Shown here in pieces: positions 37,461-47,742 of a stretch of DNA of 64,000 nucleotides. The notes beneath the pieces were generated by a model, which was not told the DNA's origin, ran no database searches, and was given only the letters and a program-made list of their open reading frames with translations. Within the stretch, counting starts at the first letter, position 1; the number at the start of each line of letters is the position of its first letter. The stretch comes from an uncultured Treponemataceae bacterium (lineage in GTDB: Bacteria > Spirochaetota > Spirochaetia > Treponematales > Treponemataceae). The translations under genes and the position numbers were made by a program. The stretch covers positions 346-64,345 of the forward strand of contig CAYJFX010000001.1 of the NCBI GenBank assembly GCA_964369735.1, written 5' to 3'.

Positions 37461-39620
37461 ATGGCAGCAAAAACAGATAAATCAAAATATCCTCTGTATA
37501 TTAACCGCGAGCTTTCTTGGATTGAGTTTAACGCACGTGTATTAAGCCTTGCGCAAAACAAAAAAATACCTTTATTTGAAAGGCTAAAATTTCTTTCCAT
37601 TGTTTCCTCAAATTTTGATGAGTTTTTTATGGTTAGAGTGGCAGGATTAAAAAGACAAGCCCGTCAAGAACTTGCATGGAAAGATATTTCTGGTTTTAGT
37701 GCAAAAGAACAACTCGAAGCTATCTCTAAACGTTCTCATGAGCTTTTTGACATTCAACATAAGCTTTTTAGCAATGAAATAATTAGTGAGCTAAAAAAAG
37801 AGGGAATTGTATACATCCACCCAAGCAATTTTTCTTCCAGCGAAAAACAGTATACAGAAAATCTTTTTAGGGAGCAAGTCTTTCCTTTGCTCACTCCTTT
37901 ACGAACCGAGAGTGAAAACGAGCTACCTCCTATAGCGAATTTAAAAATTCATGTTGCCTTTTTGCTTAATACAATAATTGATGGAACAGACTTATACTCC
38001 ACAGAAAAATCAGAAGAAAAAAGTGCTCCCTTGGCCTTTGTTCAAATACCATCGATGCTAGACAGAATTATTTGGCTACCATCCCGAGAGGGAGAACATC
38101 GTTTTTCGCTTCTAGATGATATAGTTATTTTATACGGGACAAGCTTATTTCCAGGATATTCTGTTGACCAAACGCTCGTATTTAAAGCTGTTTGCGATGC
38201 GGCATTTGCAGTTAATGAAGAAAGCGATGAAAACTTTATTAAAGCTATGGAAGATGTTCTTGTCGCCCGCAAAAAGTCAGTGCCTATTCGCTTAACATGT
38301 ACATCTACAGGGGGCGACATTGCAAAAATTTTAATTGCAAAAACAAGTCTGAAAGCCAGTGATGTTTATAGCACAGAAACTCCTTTTATTGATTTAAAAA
38401 GCTTTATTGCCCTTGATTCTTTGGAAGGATTTTCGCACTTACGCTATCCTTCTTGGAGAAGTTCTTATCCCGCTTCTCTTGAACAAAAACAGCCTCTTTG
38501 GGATGTCTTAAAGCAAAAAGATATTCTCTTGCATGTACCCTATGAATCATACGAACCAGTTTTGCAATTTGTAAATGATGCCGCAGAAGATGATGATGTT
38601 CTTTCGATAAAAATGACCTTATACAGGACAAGCGGTAACTCTCCTTTAATAAAAAGCCTTATAAAGGCAGCAAGAAATGGAAAGCAAGTAACGGTTTTTG
38701 TTGAAGTAAAAGCCCGTTTTGATGAAGAAAGGAACCTGTCTTGGGCAAATCTTCTTCAACAAGAAGGAGCTATAGTTATTTATGGATTAGCGCACTTAAA
38801 AGTTCACGCAAAATTACTTTTAGTTGTTAGGCGAGAACATGCAGGCTTTATTCGCTATGTACACATGGGTACAGGTAATTATAATGAAAAAACAGCTCGC
38901 CACTATGTAGATATGTCTCTTTTTACAACAAATACAGAAATTGCAAATGACGTAAACCTGTTGTTTAATATGATTTCCGGGTATTCTGCTGTTCAAAGCA
39001 TGAACAGGCTTTTTATGGCACCTGTTCACTTAAAAACAAGACTTTTGGCTATGATAGAAAGAGAAATTAAAAGCTCGACAAAAGAAAATCCAGGTCTTAT
39101 TATGGCAAAAATGAACAGTCTTGCTCATCCTGAAATTATTCGCGCTCTCTATAAAGCAAGTTGCAATCATGTAAAGATTTTGCTAAATGTTCGTGGCATA
39201 TGCATGCTTGTGCCAGGGGTTAAGGGCCAAAGTGAAAATATCAAGGTAGTTAGTATTGTTGATCGTTATTTAGAACACACAAGAATTTTTTACTTTCAAA
39301 ATGGGAGCTCAGAAGAAACGTATTTGTCTAGTGCAGATTGGATGCCACGAAACCTTGAAAAACGGGTGGAGTTAATGTTTCCTGTTTTACAACAAGATGT
39401 TGCAACAACAGTAAAAGAGGTTTTGCAAACATATTTTTTAGACAACCAAAATTCTTATACATTGAATGCAGATAGTACATGGACAAAAATTCCTTCAAAC
39501 AATGAACAGCCCTTGCGAAGCCAAGAACACTTTTATACTATTTATAAAAAAAAGGCATTAAAAGAAAGCAATAAAACAAAAAAAGCTTTTACTGTTAGAA
39601 GAAAGTCAAAAAATCGATAA
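37461..39620 (+). CDS. ppk: Polyphosphate kinase 1
   Basis: YINRELSWIEFNARVL N-terminus and two PLD-like HKD-type regions (KVHAKLLLV). Confidence 0.93.
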   Translation: MAAKTDKSKYPLYINRELSWIEFNARVLSLAQNKKIPLFERLKFLSIVSSNFDEFFMVRVAGLKRQARQELAWKDISGFSAKEQLEAISKRSHELFDIQHKLFSNEIISELKKEGIVYIHPSNFSSSEKQYTENLFREQVFPLLTPLRTESENELPPIANLKIHVAFLLNTIIDGTDLYSTEKSEEKSAPLAFVQIPSMLDRIIWLPSREGEHRFSLLDDIVILYGTSLFPGYSVDQTLVFKAVCDAAFAVNEESDENFIKAMEDVLVARKKSVPIRLTCTSTGGDIAKILIAKTSLKASDVYSTETPFIDLKSFIALDSLEGFSHLRYPSWRSSYPASLEQKQPLWDVLKQKDILLHVPYESYEPVLQFVNDAAEDDDVLSIKMTLYRTSGNSPLIKSLIKAARNGKQVTVFVEVKARFDEERNLSWANLLQQEGAIVIYGLAHLKVHAKLLLVVRREHAGFIRYVHMGTGNYNEKTARHYVDMSLFTTNTEIANDVNLLFNMISGYSAVQSMNRLFMAPVHLKTRLLAMIEREIKSSTKENPGLIMAKMNSLAHPEIIRALYKASCNHVKILLNVRGICMLVPGVKGQSENIKVVSIVDRYLEHTRIFYFQNGSSEETYLSSADWMPRNLEKRVELMFPVLQQDVATTVKEVLQTYFLDNQNSYTLNADSTWTKIPSNNEQPLRSQEHFYTIYKKKALKESNKTKKAFTVRRKSKNR

Positions 39621-39631
39621 GCTGTGTAAAT

Positions 39632-41539
39632 TTAACGTAAGTAGACCATTAGCAACATAACATCAGAGTTTCTGATTCCTGAAATCCTACTCGCTTGCCC
39701 GAGGGTTGTTGGGCGAATTTTTTCAAGTTTTTGTTTTGATTCATTTGATAAACTTGGAATGCTTGCATAATCAAAATTTTCCGGTATTTTAGCATTTTCC
39801 ATTTTATGCATTTTTTCAATGCGCTTGTCTTGCTTTTCTACATAATGTTTATATTTAAAATCTATTGCTGCAGCTTCAAGAATTTCATGTGGGTATATTT
39901 TTGAAAGCTCTCCACAAAAAAGCATTTCTTCTGTAGCCAATGTTGCGTCTTTTTCAAAGCGTGAAACTATTTCTCGCTTTTGCTCTAGTTTTTGAGACAA
40001 CCTCTCCATTTGTTTTTCAGTTTTTAATCCAACGGCATAAGCCTTTGAAAAAAGCCTCTCATCAGCTGTATCATGGCGTAGTTTAAGTCGATACTCTGCT
40101 CTCGCTGTAAACATCCTGTAAGGCTCTTTTGTTCCTAGCGTCACTAAATCATCAATTAAAACTCCAATATATGCTTCATCTCGGCCTAAAATTAAGGGGT
40201 TGTACGTGGGAGTATCTGAGAGCCTATCTTTATGACCTGCACTATGCACTTCTTTACCTGCAACATCAAGATATGTTGTATGCTCGCCACACAATGCCAT
40301 ATGTGCTTTTGAGTACAATGACGCATTAATTCCAGCAACAAGACCTTGCCCCGCGGCTTCTTCATAACCCGACGTCCCGTTAATTTGCCCGGCGGTAAAA
40401 AGACCTGCCACTTTTTTTGTTTCAAGGCTTGCAAATAGCTCTGTTGGATCAATATAGTCATACTCAACTGCATAGCCAGGACGCGAAATAATTGCATTTT
40501 TAAAGGCATCCATTGAGCGCAAAAACTTATCTTGAATATCTTCGGGCAAAGAGGAGGAAAACCCATTTAAGTACATTTCTTCTGTAAATAAGCTTTCTGG
40601 CTCTAAAAACAGCTGATGTCTGTCTCTTTCGGCAAAACGAACAACCTTGTCTTCAATTGAGGGGCAATAGCGAGGGCCAGTACCACTTATTTTTCCTGAA
40701 AAAAGTGGGGATAAGTCTATATTCTTGCGTATTATTTCATGGGTTATTTCATTTGTATAGGCAAGGTAGCAAGGAACCATGGGGCGGTCGACTAATTCAG
40801 TATCAAACGAAAAAGGGATAACTTTTTCATCTCCTTCTTGGATTTCTAGAGATGAAAAATCTATGCTTGGCCGGAGAATTCTTGGCGGTGTCCCTGTTTT
40901 CAATCGCCCCGTTGTAAAACCAAGCCTATTTAATGCCTCAGTTAAACCAAAGGCTGCTTGTTCCCCAAGCCTACCGCAGCTTTCGTCATATTGGCCTATG
41001 AAAATTTTTCCACCGAGAAAGGTACCTGTTGTTAATACAGCCGCGCGCACAGGAATTCTGCGCCCCCTTTGTGTTATCAAAGCCGTAATTTTTTGCTCGC
41101 GTGAATTTTGATTTTCAACTTGTGTTGTTTCTATATCAATAACGGTATCTTGGAGCATGTAAATATTTTCTTGTGATTCGAGGGTTTTTCTTGCAATATC
41201 GGCATATAAAATTTTATCGGCTTGGCTTCTGGGCGCTTGTACTGCAGGTCCCTTACTTTTGTTTAACAGGCGAAACTGTAACATTGATTGATCAATAATT
41301 TTACCCATTTCACCGCCGAGGGCATCTATTTCTCGAACTATGTTTCCTTTAGCAATCCCCCCAATAGAAGGATTACAAGAAAGTCGACAAATTGCATCAA
41401 TTGATTGTGTAATTACTATGGTCTTGTTACCCATTCGAGCAGAAGCCAATGCTGCTTCTAGACCAGCATGTCCTGCGCCAACAACAGCAACATCAAAAGA
41501 GTCATAAAATCCACATGTAGGAGCTTTTTGTTTATTCAT
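39632..41539 (-). CDS. mnmG: tRNA uridine 5-carboxymethylaminomethyl modification enzyme
   Basis: FDVAVVGAGHAGLEAA FAD motif, GQINGTSGYEEAAGQG, and a C-terminal GIRNSD-type helix. Start chosen at MNKQK; an ATG 12 nt upstream is also possible. Confidence 0.93.
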   Translation of the reverse strand: MNKQKAPTCGFYDSFDVAVVGAGHAGLEAALASARMGNKTIVITQSIDAICRLSCNPSIGGIAKGNIVREIDALGGEMGKIIDQSMLQFRLLNKSKGPAVQAPRSQADKILYADIARKTLESQENIYMLQDTVIDIETTQVENQNSREQKITALITQRGRRIPVRAAVLTTGTFLGGKIFIGQYDESCGRLGEQAAFGLTEALNRLGFTTGRLKTGTPPRILRPSIDFSSLEIQEGDEKVIPFSFDTELVDRPMVPCYLAYTNEITHEIIRKNIDLSPLFSGKISGTGPRYCPSIEDKVVRFAERDRHQLFLEPESLFTEEMYLNGFSSSLPEDIQDKFLRSMDAFKNAIISRPGYAVEYDYIDPTELFASLETKKVAGLFTAGQINGTSGYEEAAGQGLVAGINASLYSKAHMALCGEHTTYLDVAGKEVHSAGHKDRLSDTPTYNPLILGRDEAYIGVLIDDLVTLGTKEPYRMFTARAEYRLKLRHDTADERLFSKAYAVGLKTEKQMERLSQKLEQKREIVSRFEKDATLATEEMLFCGELSKIYPHEILEAAAIDFKYKHYVEKQDKRIEKMHKMENAKIPENFDYASIPSLSNESKQKLEKIRPTTLGQASRISGIRNSDVMLLMVYLR

Positions 41540-41541
41540 TT

Positions 41542-42453
41542 TTAATCCCATACAAAATGATATGGCGTTTCTTGATATACATAATTTATCCAGTTATAGT
41601 AGAATAGGTTTGCATTGCTTCGCCATGTAGATAAAGGAATCGTTGTAGCATCGTCATTTGTAAAGTAGTTCACTGGCATTTCTATATCAAGCCCTTTGCT
41701 AATATCACGTTTGTATTCGCCAGCAAGGGTGTCCGCATCATATTCAAAATGCCCTGTTACAAATATTTTTCTATCATCTTTTGATTTAACAAGCAAAACA
41801 CCCGCTTCATCAGACTCTGCTAAAATACACAAGTCTGTGTTTTTTTCAATATCACTTTTTCTAACCTCAGTATGTCTCGATTGAGGTGCAAAAAAAACAT
41901 CGTCGAAGCCTCGAAGCAGCGGTTCATTTTGCATGTTTTTCTTATGCGCAAATATTCCAAACATTTTCTTATCTAACGTATATTTGGGAATCCCAAAATT
42001 ATAGTAGAGGCCTGCTTGTGCTCCCCAACAAATATATAAGGTAGAAAAAACCTTTTCTTTGGCATACTCCATAATAGCTGTTAATTCATCCCAGTAATCA
42101 ACATCTTCAAACGGTATTTGCTCTACAGGGGCTCCCGTAATTATCATTCCATCAAAGCGTTGTGATAGCACTTGCTTTGAGTTAATATAAAACTTTTGCA
42201 AATGTTCTTCACCGGTATTTTTTGCTGTATGTGTTTCCATATGGACAAGAGAAATCTCTATTTGTAATGGAGTGTTCCCCAATAAGCGCAATAACTGTGT
42301 CTCTGTCGCTATTTTAGTTGGCATCAGGTTAACTATTGCAATTTTAAGAGGCCTGATATCTTGATGTGTTGCTCTTTCATCTGTCATCACAAAGATGTTT
42401 TCTGCTTCTAGAACTCCTCGTGCTGGCAAATCTGATTGTATTTTTATAGGCAT
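41542..42453 (-). CDS. metA: Homoserine O-acyltransferase (MetA family)
   Basis: Canonical N-terminus [11 protein letters not shown] from the ATG at 42453; the track ORF extends 24 codons further upstream. NLMP and CWGAQA blocks. Confidence 0.9.
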   Translation of the reverse strand: MPIKIQSDLPARGVLEAENIFVMTDERATHQDIRPLKIAIVNLMPTKIATETQLLRLLGNTPLQIEISLVHMETHTAKNTGEEHLQKFYINSKQVLSQRFDGMIITGAPVEQIPFEDVDYWDELTAIMEYAKEKVFSTLYICWGAQAGLYYNFGIPKYTLDKKMFGIFAHKKNMQNEPLLRGFDDVFFAPQSRHTEVRKSDIEKNTDLCILAESDEAGVLLVKSKDDRKIFVTGHFEYDADTLAGEYKRDISKGLDIEMPVNYFTNDDATTIPLSTWRSNANLFYYNWINYVYQETPYHFVWD

Positions 42454-42501
42454 AACGGCTTTACTATAGCACATTTTACTATTTTTTGCTATACTTCCCA
42501 T

Positions 42502-43401
42502 ATGAAAATGCAACAAACAAAACAAGCTATTAAAAAACTAAAAACGCTCGTTGCCACCCCTTCATCCGATATTGATAAATTTCGAAGCGATATAGAAGAA
42601 ACATTTGCATCCCCCATTTTACCCAATCGAGTTGAGCTAGAGCAAACTATTATAAATGATATTGAATGTGAGGTATTATTGCCAGAAGTTTGTTCAACAT
42701 CCCAAATTCTTTTGTATGTACATGGAGGGTCTTTTGTTGGCGGTTCCCCTGAGTCTTGGAGGGGATTTTGTGCAACACTTGCCCATGCATCGTGTGCAAA
42801 GCTCATCCTTCCAAAGTATCGCTTAGCACCACAGCACCCGTACCCTGCAGGGTTTGATGACATTAAAGCAGTAATTAAAAAGTTATATTCTGAATCAAAG
42901 AATATTATTTTGCTTGCAGATGGCTCTGGCGCAAGTGTTGCCCTTGGTGTTCTTTTAAAAATAAAAGGTGCATTTAGAAAAAAAATAAAAGGCATCGTTC
43001 TTTTTTCACCATGGCTTAATGTTTCGGACGACTTAGAAAACCCAACATCCTTAAAACCAACCAAAGATAAAATTCTAACACCGCAAGCATTAAAGTGGTG
43101 TGCAGAAATGTATACTTATTCTGAAAATTTAAAAAGCCCTTTTGTTTCTCCTGTTTTTGCAGAACAATTGATGCTTGAAAATTTTCCTCCTGTCTACATA
43201 CAAGTTGCAAAAGGGGAGCTTATTGAAACTGATATACTATATTTTCAAGGACGACTTCGCAAATTTGGCATAAAGTGTGAAGTGGACCGCTGGGAAGGCA
43301 TGATGCACATGTTTCAACGAGCAGATGAGTTTTTAGAAGAAGCCCATTTAGCAATAGAAAAAGTTGGAAAATATATTAGAGATAAAGAGGATATACTATA
43401 A
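42502..43401 (+). CDS. Alpha/beta hydrolase fold-3 (HSL-like) esterase
   Basis: HGGSFVGG oxyanion motif. The nucleophile region is ADGSGASVA, a variant of GDSAG. Start chosen at MKMQQ. Confidence 0.75.
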   Translation: MKMQQTKQAIKKLKTLVATPSSDIDKFRSDIEETFASPILPNRVELEQTIINDIECEVLLPEVCSTSQILLYVHGGSFVGGSPESWRGFCATLAHASCAKLILPKYRLAPQHPYPAGFDDIKAVIKKLYSESKNIILLADGSGASVALGVLLKIKGAFRKKIKGIVLFSPWLNVSDDLENPTSLKPTKDKILTPQALKWCAEMYTYSENLKSPFVSPVFAEQLMLENFPPVYIQVAKGELIETDILYFQGRLRKFGIKCEVDRWEGMMHMFQRADEFLEEAHLAIEKVGKYIRDKEDIL

Positions 43402-44834
43402 TGGAATTAGTTTGTCCCGCAGGAAATATAGAGAAGTTACGATATGCATATGAATATGGAGCTGATGCGGCATATATTGGCTTAAAGAATTTTTCCCTCC
43501 GTGTAAAAGCAGATAATTTCCATGATGAGGAATTTTTAGCAATACGAGACTTAAAAAATAGGTTCCCAAAAAAACTCTTATTTTGTGCAATGAATATTAC
43601 TTTCCACAACAAAGACCTAGATGCTTTTTTAAGTGAAGTTGACTATTTTAAACAATATCCTTTTGATGCTTTTATTATTCAGGACATTGGCATGCTAAAC
43701 CTCATTCAAAAACACTTCCCAAACACGAAGATACATCTTAGCACCCAAGCAAATTGTATAAATAGAGAGGCCGTAAAGCTATATAAATCTCTAGGCTTTG
43801 ATAGAATAGTTGTAGGCAGAGAAGCTTCTTTGAATGAAATACGCGAAATAAAAGATGCAGTACCAGAGATGGAAATTGAAGCTTTTGGTCACGGAGCTAT
43901 GTGTATTGCCTATTCTGGTAGGTGCTTAATGAGTGCTTATATGAATGGAAGGAGCGCAAATGCTGGAGCCTGCTCCCACTCTTGTAGATGGGATTTTGAT
44001 ATAAAAACATCAAAAGAGTTAGCACAAAGCGGGGAACTTGTTTTAGAAGAAAAAAAACGCCCTGGAGAATATTTTCCTGTTTTTGAAGGAGAAAACTTTA
44101 CCGCTGTTCTCTCTTCTAAAGACCTTTGTATGATAGATTATCTTACAGACTTTAAAAAAGCAGGGGTTGATGCCTTAAAAGTTGAAGGCAGAATGAAAAG
44201 CCTTTATTACGTTGCCCTTGTTGCAAGAGCCTATAGAAAGGCTATCGATGCAAAAGAAGGTGTCATTACAGAAGAGACAGCAAAGCCCTTTGTATCTGAA
44301 TTATTTAACCTTCAGCATAGGGCTTTTGGAACAGGCTTTTATTTTGGTCCCGATGATGCAAATGAAACAACCTCAGGTGAATCTTCAGGTGAATATGAAA
44401 TGGCAGGAACAATTGATAAGCCATTAACAAGCGATGAAGCACAAAAAATTATTTTAGAAGGCATTAAAACAGTGGAAACCTTTGAAAAGCAATTGCAGTC
44501 TCTGCACCCTGATGCAAAAAAGGCGAAAGAAAAAGATTATTCCGACCACCCTGAAAAGGTTCCTCACGCACCAAAGGCGCAGCAAAACTGGGTATTTTAT
44601 CCCTTTAAGGCAATGAACAAAATAGAAGAGGGCGTTCCCTTTGAGTTTATCGGCCCAGATACAGATCGCTTAACCCTTGATAAAAAAAGTTATTGCTTTG
44701 TTAATCCTACTGATGGCACCATAATGCAATGGGTAAGCTACGGCCATGAGGCTCTATTATACACAAGCGAAACTTTAGGGGAAAATTGGATTATGAGAAT
44801 GAAAACAAATAAAGTGCGGACTGCAGCACGGTAA
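43401..44834 (+). CDS. Peptidase U32 family protein
   Basis: MELVCPAGN...GADAAYIG start and the U32 signature region EAFGHGAMCIAYSGRCLMS. Its ATG shares one nucleotide with the upstream TAA. Confidence 0.88.
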   Translation: MELVCPAGNIEKLRYAYEYGADAAYIGLKNFSLRVKADNFHDEEFLAIRDLKNRFPKKLLFCAMNITFHNKDLDAFLSEVDYFKQYPFDAFIIQDIGMLNLIQKHFPNTKIHLSTQANCINREAVKLYKSLGFDRIVVGREASLNEIREIKDAVPEMEIEAFGHGAMCIAYSGRCLMSAYMNGRSANAGACSHSCRWDFDIKTSKELAQSGELVLEEKKRPGEYFPVFEGENFTAVLSSKDLCMIDYLTDFKKAGVDALKVEGRMKSLYYVALVARAYRKAIDAKEGVITEETAKPFVSELFNLQHRAFGTGFYFGPDDANETTSGESSGEYEMAGTIDKPLTSDEAQKIILEGIKTVETFEKQLQSLHPDAKKAKEKDYSDHPEKVPHAPKAQQNWVFYPFKAMNKIEEGVPFEFIGPDTDRLTLDKKSYCFVNPTDGTIMQWVSYGHEALLYTSETLGENWIMRMKTNKVRTAAR

Positions 44835-44856
44835 AAATGCATAAAGGAAAAAAAAT

Positions 44857-45786
44857 ATGAATACAGCAATTTTATGGGATATAGAAAATGTTACCCCGCC
44901 CCTGGGGATGAATTATGTACAGATGATAAAAGACTCAATTTCTGAAGAAGGCCATATTAACTATGCGATGGCATTTGGAAACTGGAATGCAAAACATATA
45001 AGCGAAATATCAAAAGAACTTGCAGACAATAGCTTTGAGCTCTTACATGTTCCTCCGTCAGGAAAAGACAGCTCCGATATGGCAATGGTTGCTCGAGGGG
45101 TAGAACTAATTTTTCAATACCCCCATATAGAAAGATTTGTGCTTATTACAGGCGATGCAGACTTTCGCCCCCTATTACAAAGCTTAAGAAAATATGGTAA
45201 AAAAACCTTAGTTATTTGTGACGTTACAAGAAATGCCTCTGAAGACTTACTTAGAATGGCAGATGACTTCAAAGATTACAGGGATATTATTGATGCTACT
45301 GATTCAGCAGATAATAATGAAGATGCTGTAGCACATGAAAAATCTCTTTCTCGTGAGCAAAGTTTTGAGTTACTAGAAGACACTGTTTCTACGATGATAA
45401 AAGAAGGCAAAGAGCCTTTCTTAGGTGCTGTAAAAATACGTATGAAATTATTAAATTCGCGCTTTAATGAAAAACAGCTCGGGTACAGAACTTGGAAGGC
45501 CTTTATAAACGCCGCAATAAAAGTAACAGCTATAAAATTCTCAGAAGAGGAACATAATAAACTACAATTGCAAGCACAAACACAAAAAGGTCTCCCGAAA
45601 GAATTTACAGAATTATTATCAATCTTAAAAAGTGATGAATGGAAATCCTTTGCCGATGCAGCAAAGAATATTGACTATAAAAAATACGGTTATGCTCGCT
45701 TTAAAAAGCTAGCCCACGATGCAGAAAAACGAGGTCTTGTCCAATTAAAAAACACAGGGCTCATTTGGCACTTAAAAAAACGATAA
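44857..45786 (+). CDS. NYN (LabA-like) ribonuclease-fold protein with two OST-HTH/LOTUS-like C-terminal modules
   Basis: NYN acidic residues (AILWDIENV, KDSSDMAM, LITGDADF), then two ~70-aa helical modules ending GYRTWKAFI and GYARFKKLA. Confidence 0.75.
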   Translation: MNTAILWDIENVTPPLGMNYVQMIKDSISEEGHINYAMAFGNWNAKHISEISKELADNSFELLHVPPSGKDSSDMAMVARGVELIFQYPHIERFVLITGDADFRPLLQSLRKYGKKTLVICDVTRNASEDLLRMADDFKDYRDIIDATDSADNNEDAVAHEKSLSREQSFELLEDTVSTMIKEGKEPFLGAVKIRMKLLNSRFNEKQLGYRTWKAFINAAIKVTAIKFSEEEHNKLQLQAQTQKGLPKEFTELLSILKSDEWKSFADAAKNIDYKKYGYARFKKLAHDAEKRGLVQLKNTGLIWHLKKR

Positions 45787-45795
45787 GGAATAGCA

Positions 45796-46467
45796 GTGAA
45801 AGACTTAACATGGGAACATATACAAGGGGCAATCTTTGACCTTGATGGTACGCTCGTTGACTCAATGCAAGAATGGCAAAACATGGGGCACACTTATATA
45901 AAAATCAAAAATCTAGAACCCGAAGAAAAACTCAATGAAAAGTTATATCCTCTTACCATCATTCAAACAGCAGAATACCTCAATATCACATATGGTTTAA
46001 ATTTAGATAAAGAAACTATTATTAAAGAATGCAATGGCGTTATGGAGTCAGCATATAACACAACAGTGCCATTAAAACCCTTTGTAAAGGAGTTTTTGGA
46101 CCTTCTAAAAGAAAAAAATATTCCTATGTATGTGGCAACTGCAACAGATAGGCATTTAGTAGAAATGGCCTTAAGCAAACATGGAATTTCTAATTACTTT
46201 AAGGGTATTATTACTTCGACAGAGGCTGGGAGCGCAAAGGCAGAATCTCCTGCTATTTTTGACATGGCTAGAAAAACTCTATGCACTCCAGTAGAAAAAA
46301 CAATTATATTTGAAGATTCTTTTCATGCAATAAAAACAGCTAAAGAAGCAGGATACCCCGTTGCAGCCCTTTATGATTTAGCAGCCGCAAGAGATTTGGA
46401 AAAAATCAAAACCTTATCTGATTGGTTTTCTGATACTTTTGAAGCGTATGTAAAGGCCCTATTGTAA
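45796..46467 (+). CDS. HAD-superfamily phosphatase (subfamily IA)
   Basis: DLDGTLVDS motif I and FEDSFHAIKTAKEAG motif III/IV. GTG start. Confidence 0.85.
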   Translation: MKDLTWEHIQGAIFDLDGTLVDSMQEWQNMGHTYIKIKNLEPEEKLNEKLYPLTIIQTAEYLNITYGLNLDKETIIKECNGVMESAYNTTVPLKPFVKEFLDLLKEKNIPMYVATATDRHLVEMALSKHGISNYFKGIITSTEAGSAKAESPAIFDMARKTLCTPVEKTIIFEDSFHAIKTAKEAGYPVAALYDLAAARDLEKIKTLSDWFSDTFEAYVKALL

Positions 46468-47394
46468 GTTTTTTATTTCTTGCTCTGAAAGACCAGTGAG
46501 TTCAACAATGGTTTGTATCTCTAAGCCTTTTGCTAGCGCACTCTTTGCCAGTTTTATCTTTTCTTGTAGTACACCTTGTACTATGCCTTGTTCTAATCCT
46601 TCTTTATGACCTTCTGCATGTCCTTGAACTCTACCTTCCGCTCTACCTTCTTTTAAGCCTTCTTGTCGTGCTTCATATCTCTCATAATCAAGGGCAGCGG
46701 CTTGCCCGTTTAAAAATATTTCTCTTTTTTCATATTCACTTATTAAATCACTGTCAGATACAAAATATTCGTAGTCTCCTACTGCTTTCTTAAATACTTC
46801 ACCTCTCATGGCAATTACGTCCTTTTCTCTTTCAAAGTCTTTCGAGCCAAAATAGCTTAGCCATGTTTTTAGCTCATCCTCTTTTACTGCCATATGCATC
46901 TTTGGTAGTTCCAAAAAATGTATCTCCAGTTTATCGTTACTCACTTTTTTATTTTGCACACAATGTATCATATGTGACGTATGTGCAAAGTCTATATCAT
47001 CAAACATTGTAAAGTCAACTATGTTTATGCTTATTACTGGCATAAAGCGCCTTACTTCAATGCCGTTTTCATTTTTTATTCTTTCTGCTCGGTATGTTCT
47101 TGCCCAGTATTCTAATACACGGTCAAAAAAGGTTTTGTTTCCTTGTACTTGAACTTCAATAATTACCTTTTCACCTGAAGATGTAATAGCTTTAACATCG
47201 ACAATGGTTTCAGACTCCGTAGAATGTTCTTTTAGGTTGTACGGATTGGTCACCGTAACACTTGCAAACTCTTCTAGGTCGTTGTCTCTCATTACTGCGT
47301 TTATAAAGTTTAACAGTAATGGCTCATTTTCACGTTGTCCTAAAAGATACCGCGCAAAGTAGTCGTTCATACGTGAAATTTCTTTGTTATTCAT
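46459..47394 (-). CDS. Rpn/YhgA-like PD-(D/E)XK recombination-promoting nuclease (putative transposase family)
   Basis: N-terminal PDDEXK_2-like core (DVKAITSSGEKVIIEVQV) and a degenerate C-terminal EG/QG-rich segment (QEGLKEGRAEGRVQGHAEGHKEGLEQGIVQG). AGGAG lies 7 nt upstream of the ATG. Confidence 0.8.
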   Translation of the reverse strand: MNNKEISRMNDYFARYLLGQRENEPLLLNFINAVMRDNDLEEFASVTVTNPYNLKEHSTESETIVDVKAITSSGEKVIIEVQVQGNKTFFDRVLEYWARTYRAERIKNENGIEVRRFMPVISINIVDFTMFDDIDFAHTSHMIHCVQNKKVSNDKLEIHFLELPKMHMAVKEDELKTWLSYFGSKDFEREKDVIAMRGEVFKKAVGDYEYFVSDSDLISEYEKREIFLNGQAAALDYERYEARQEGLKEGRAEGRVQGHAEGHKEGLEQGIVQGVLQEKIKLAKSALAKGLEIQTIVELTGLSEQEIKNLQ

Positions 47395-47615
47395 AGTATA
47401 CTCCTATTTGAGGAATTTTTCAACCGTTTGTACAAGCAGTTGAGCAAGAAAGAATTTTTACATATTATTATTTTAGTAATTTTTGTGAGAAATTTGACTG
47501 ATTTTAGAAATTTTCGAGAATTTTTTAATTTTTATGTACGCTTTATAAGCGTAAAACTTTATCTTTTTTCTTGAAGAAAAGAACGTAAGCAAGCTTACTA
47601 TCACAAAAGACGTGT

Positions 47616-47721
47616 GGGGATGTTCTGATTCATCCCCCAGGCTTCCATAACGCCGTTCTTCTGCCTTTGGGCAGACAACCTTGGTGGTACACGGTACCGT
47701 TTTCAGATGTGAAAACAGTAC
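47616..47721 (-). other. GC-richer structured segment immediately downstream of the FGE gene (three hairpins)
   Basis: Minus-strand hairpins: a 12-bp stem at 47694-47721, a 5-bp stem at 47661-47674 and a 7-bp stem at 47616-47637, followed by CUUUUGUG. A 34-codon ORF (47630-47734) overlaps it. Confidence 0.4.
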
Positions 47722-47742
47722 AGTGTTCGTACATATTAATTG

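Noticed and set aside
25500-41539. mnmE and mnmG taken as evidence that the window spans the replication origin
   Set aside because: The two genes are 12.8 kb apart, are not adjacent to the AT-rich box cluster, and no dnaA, dnaN, rsmG or parAB genes are present. Origin proximity cannot be inferred from them alone.
41542-43401. N-terminal extensions in the ORF track for metA (24 extra codons) and the esterase (22 extra codons). These would make the two divergent genes overlap by about 90 nt.
   Set aside because: The canonical MetA N-terminus MPIKIQ begins at 42453, and the esterase has a plausible start at 42502. The extensions are hydrophobic and nonsense-like with no family match.
47611-47640. 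A tRNA-like T-arm (GGGGATG-TTCTGATT-CATCCCC) suggesting a tRNA or tmRNA fragment
   Set aside because: The stem is 7 bp with an 8-nt loop, not the canonical 5-bp stem with a 7-nt TTCRANY loop. There is no acceptor, D or anticodon arm in the flanks.
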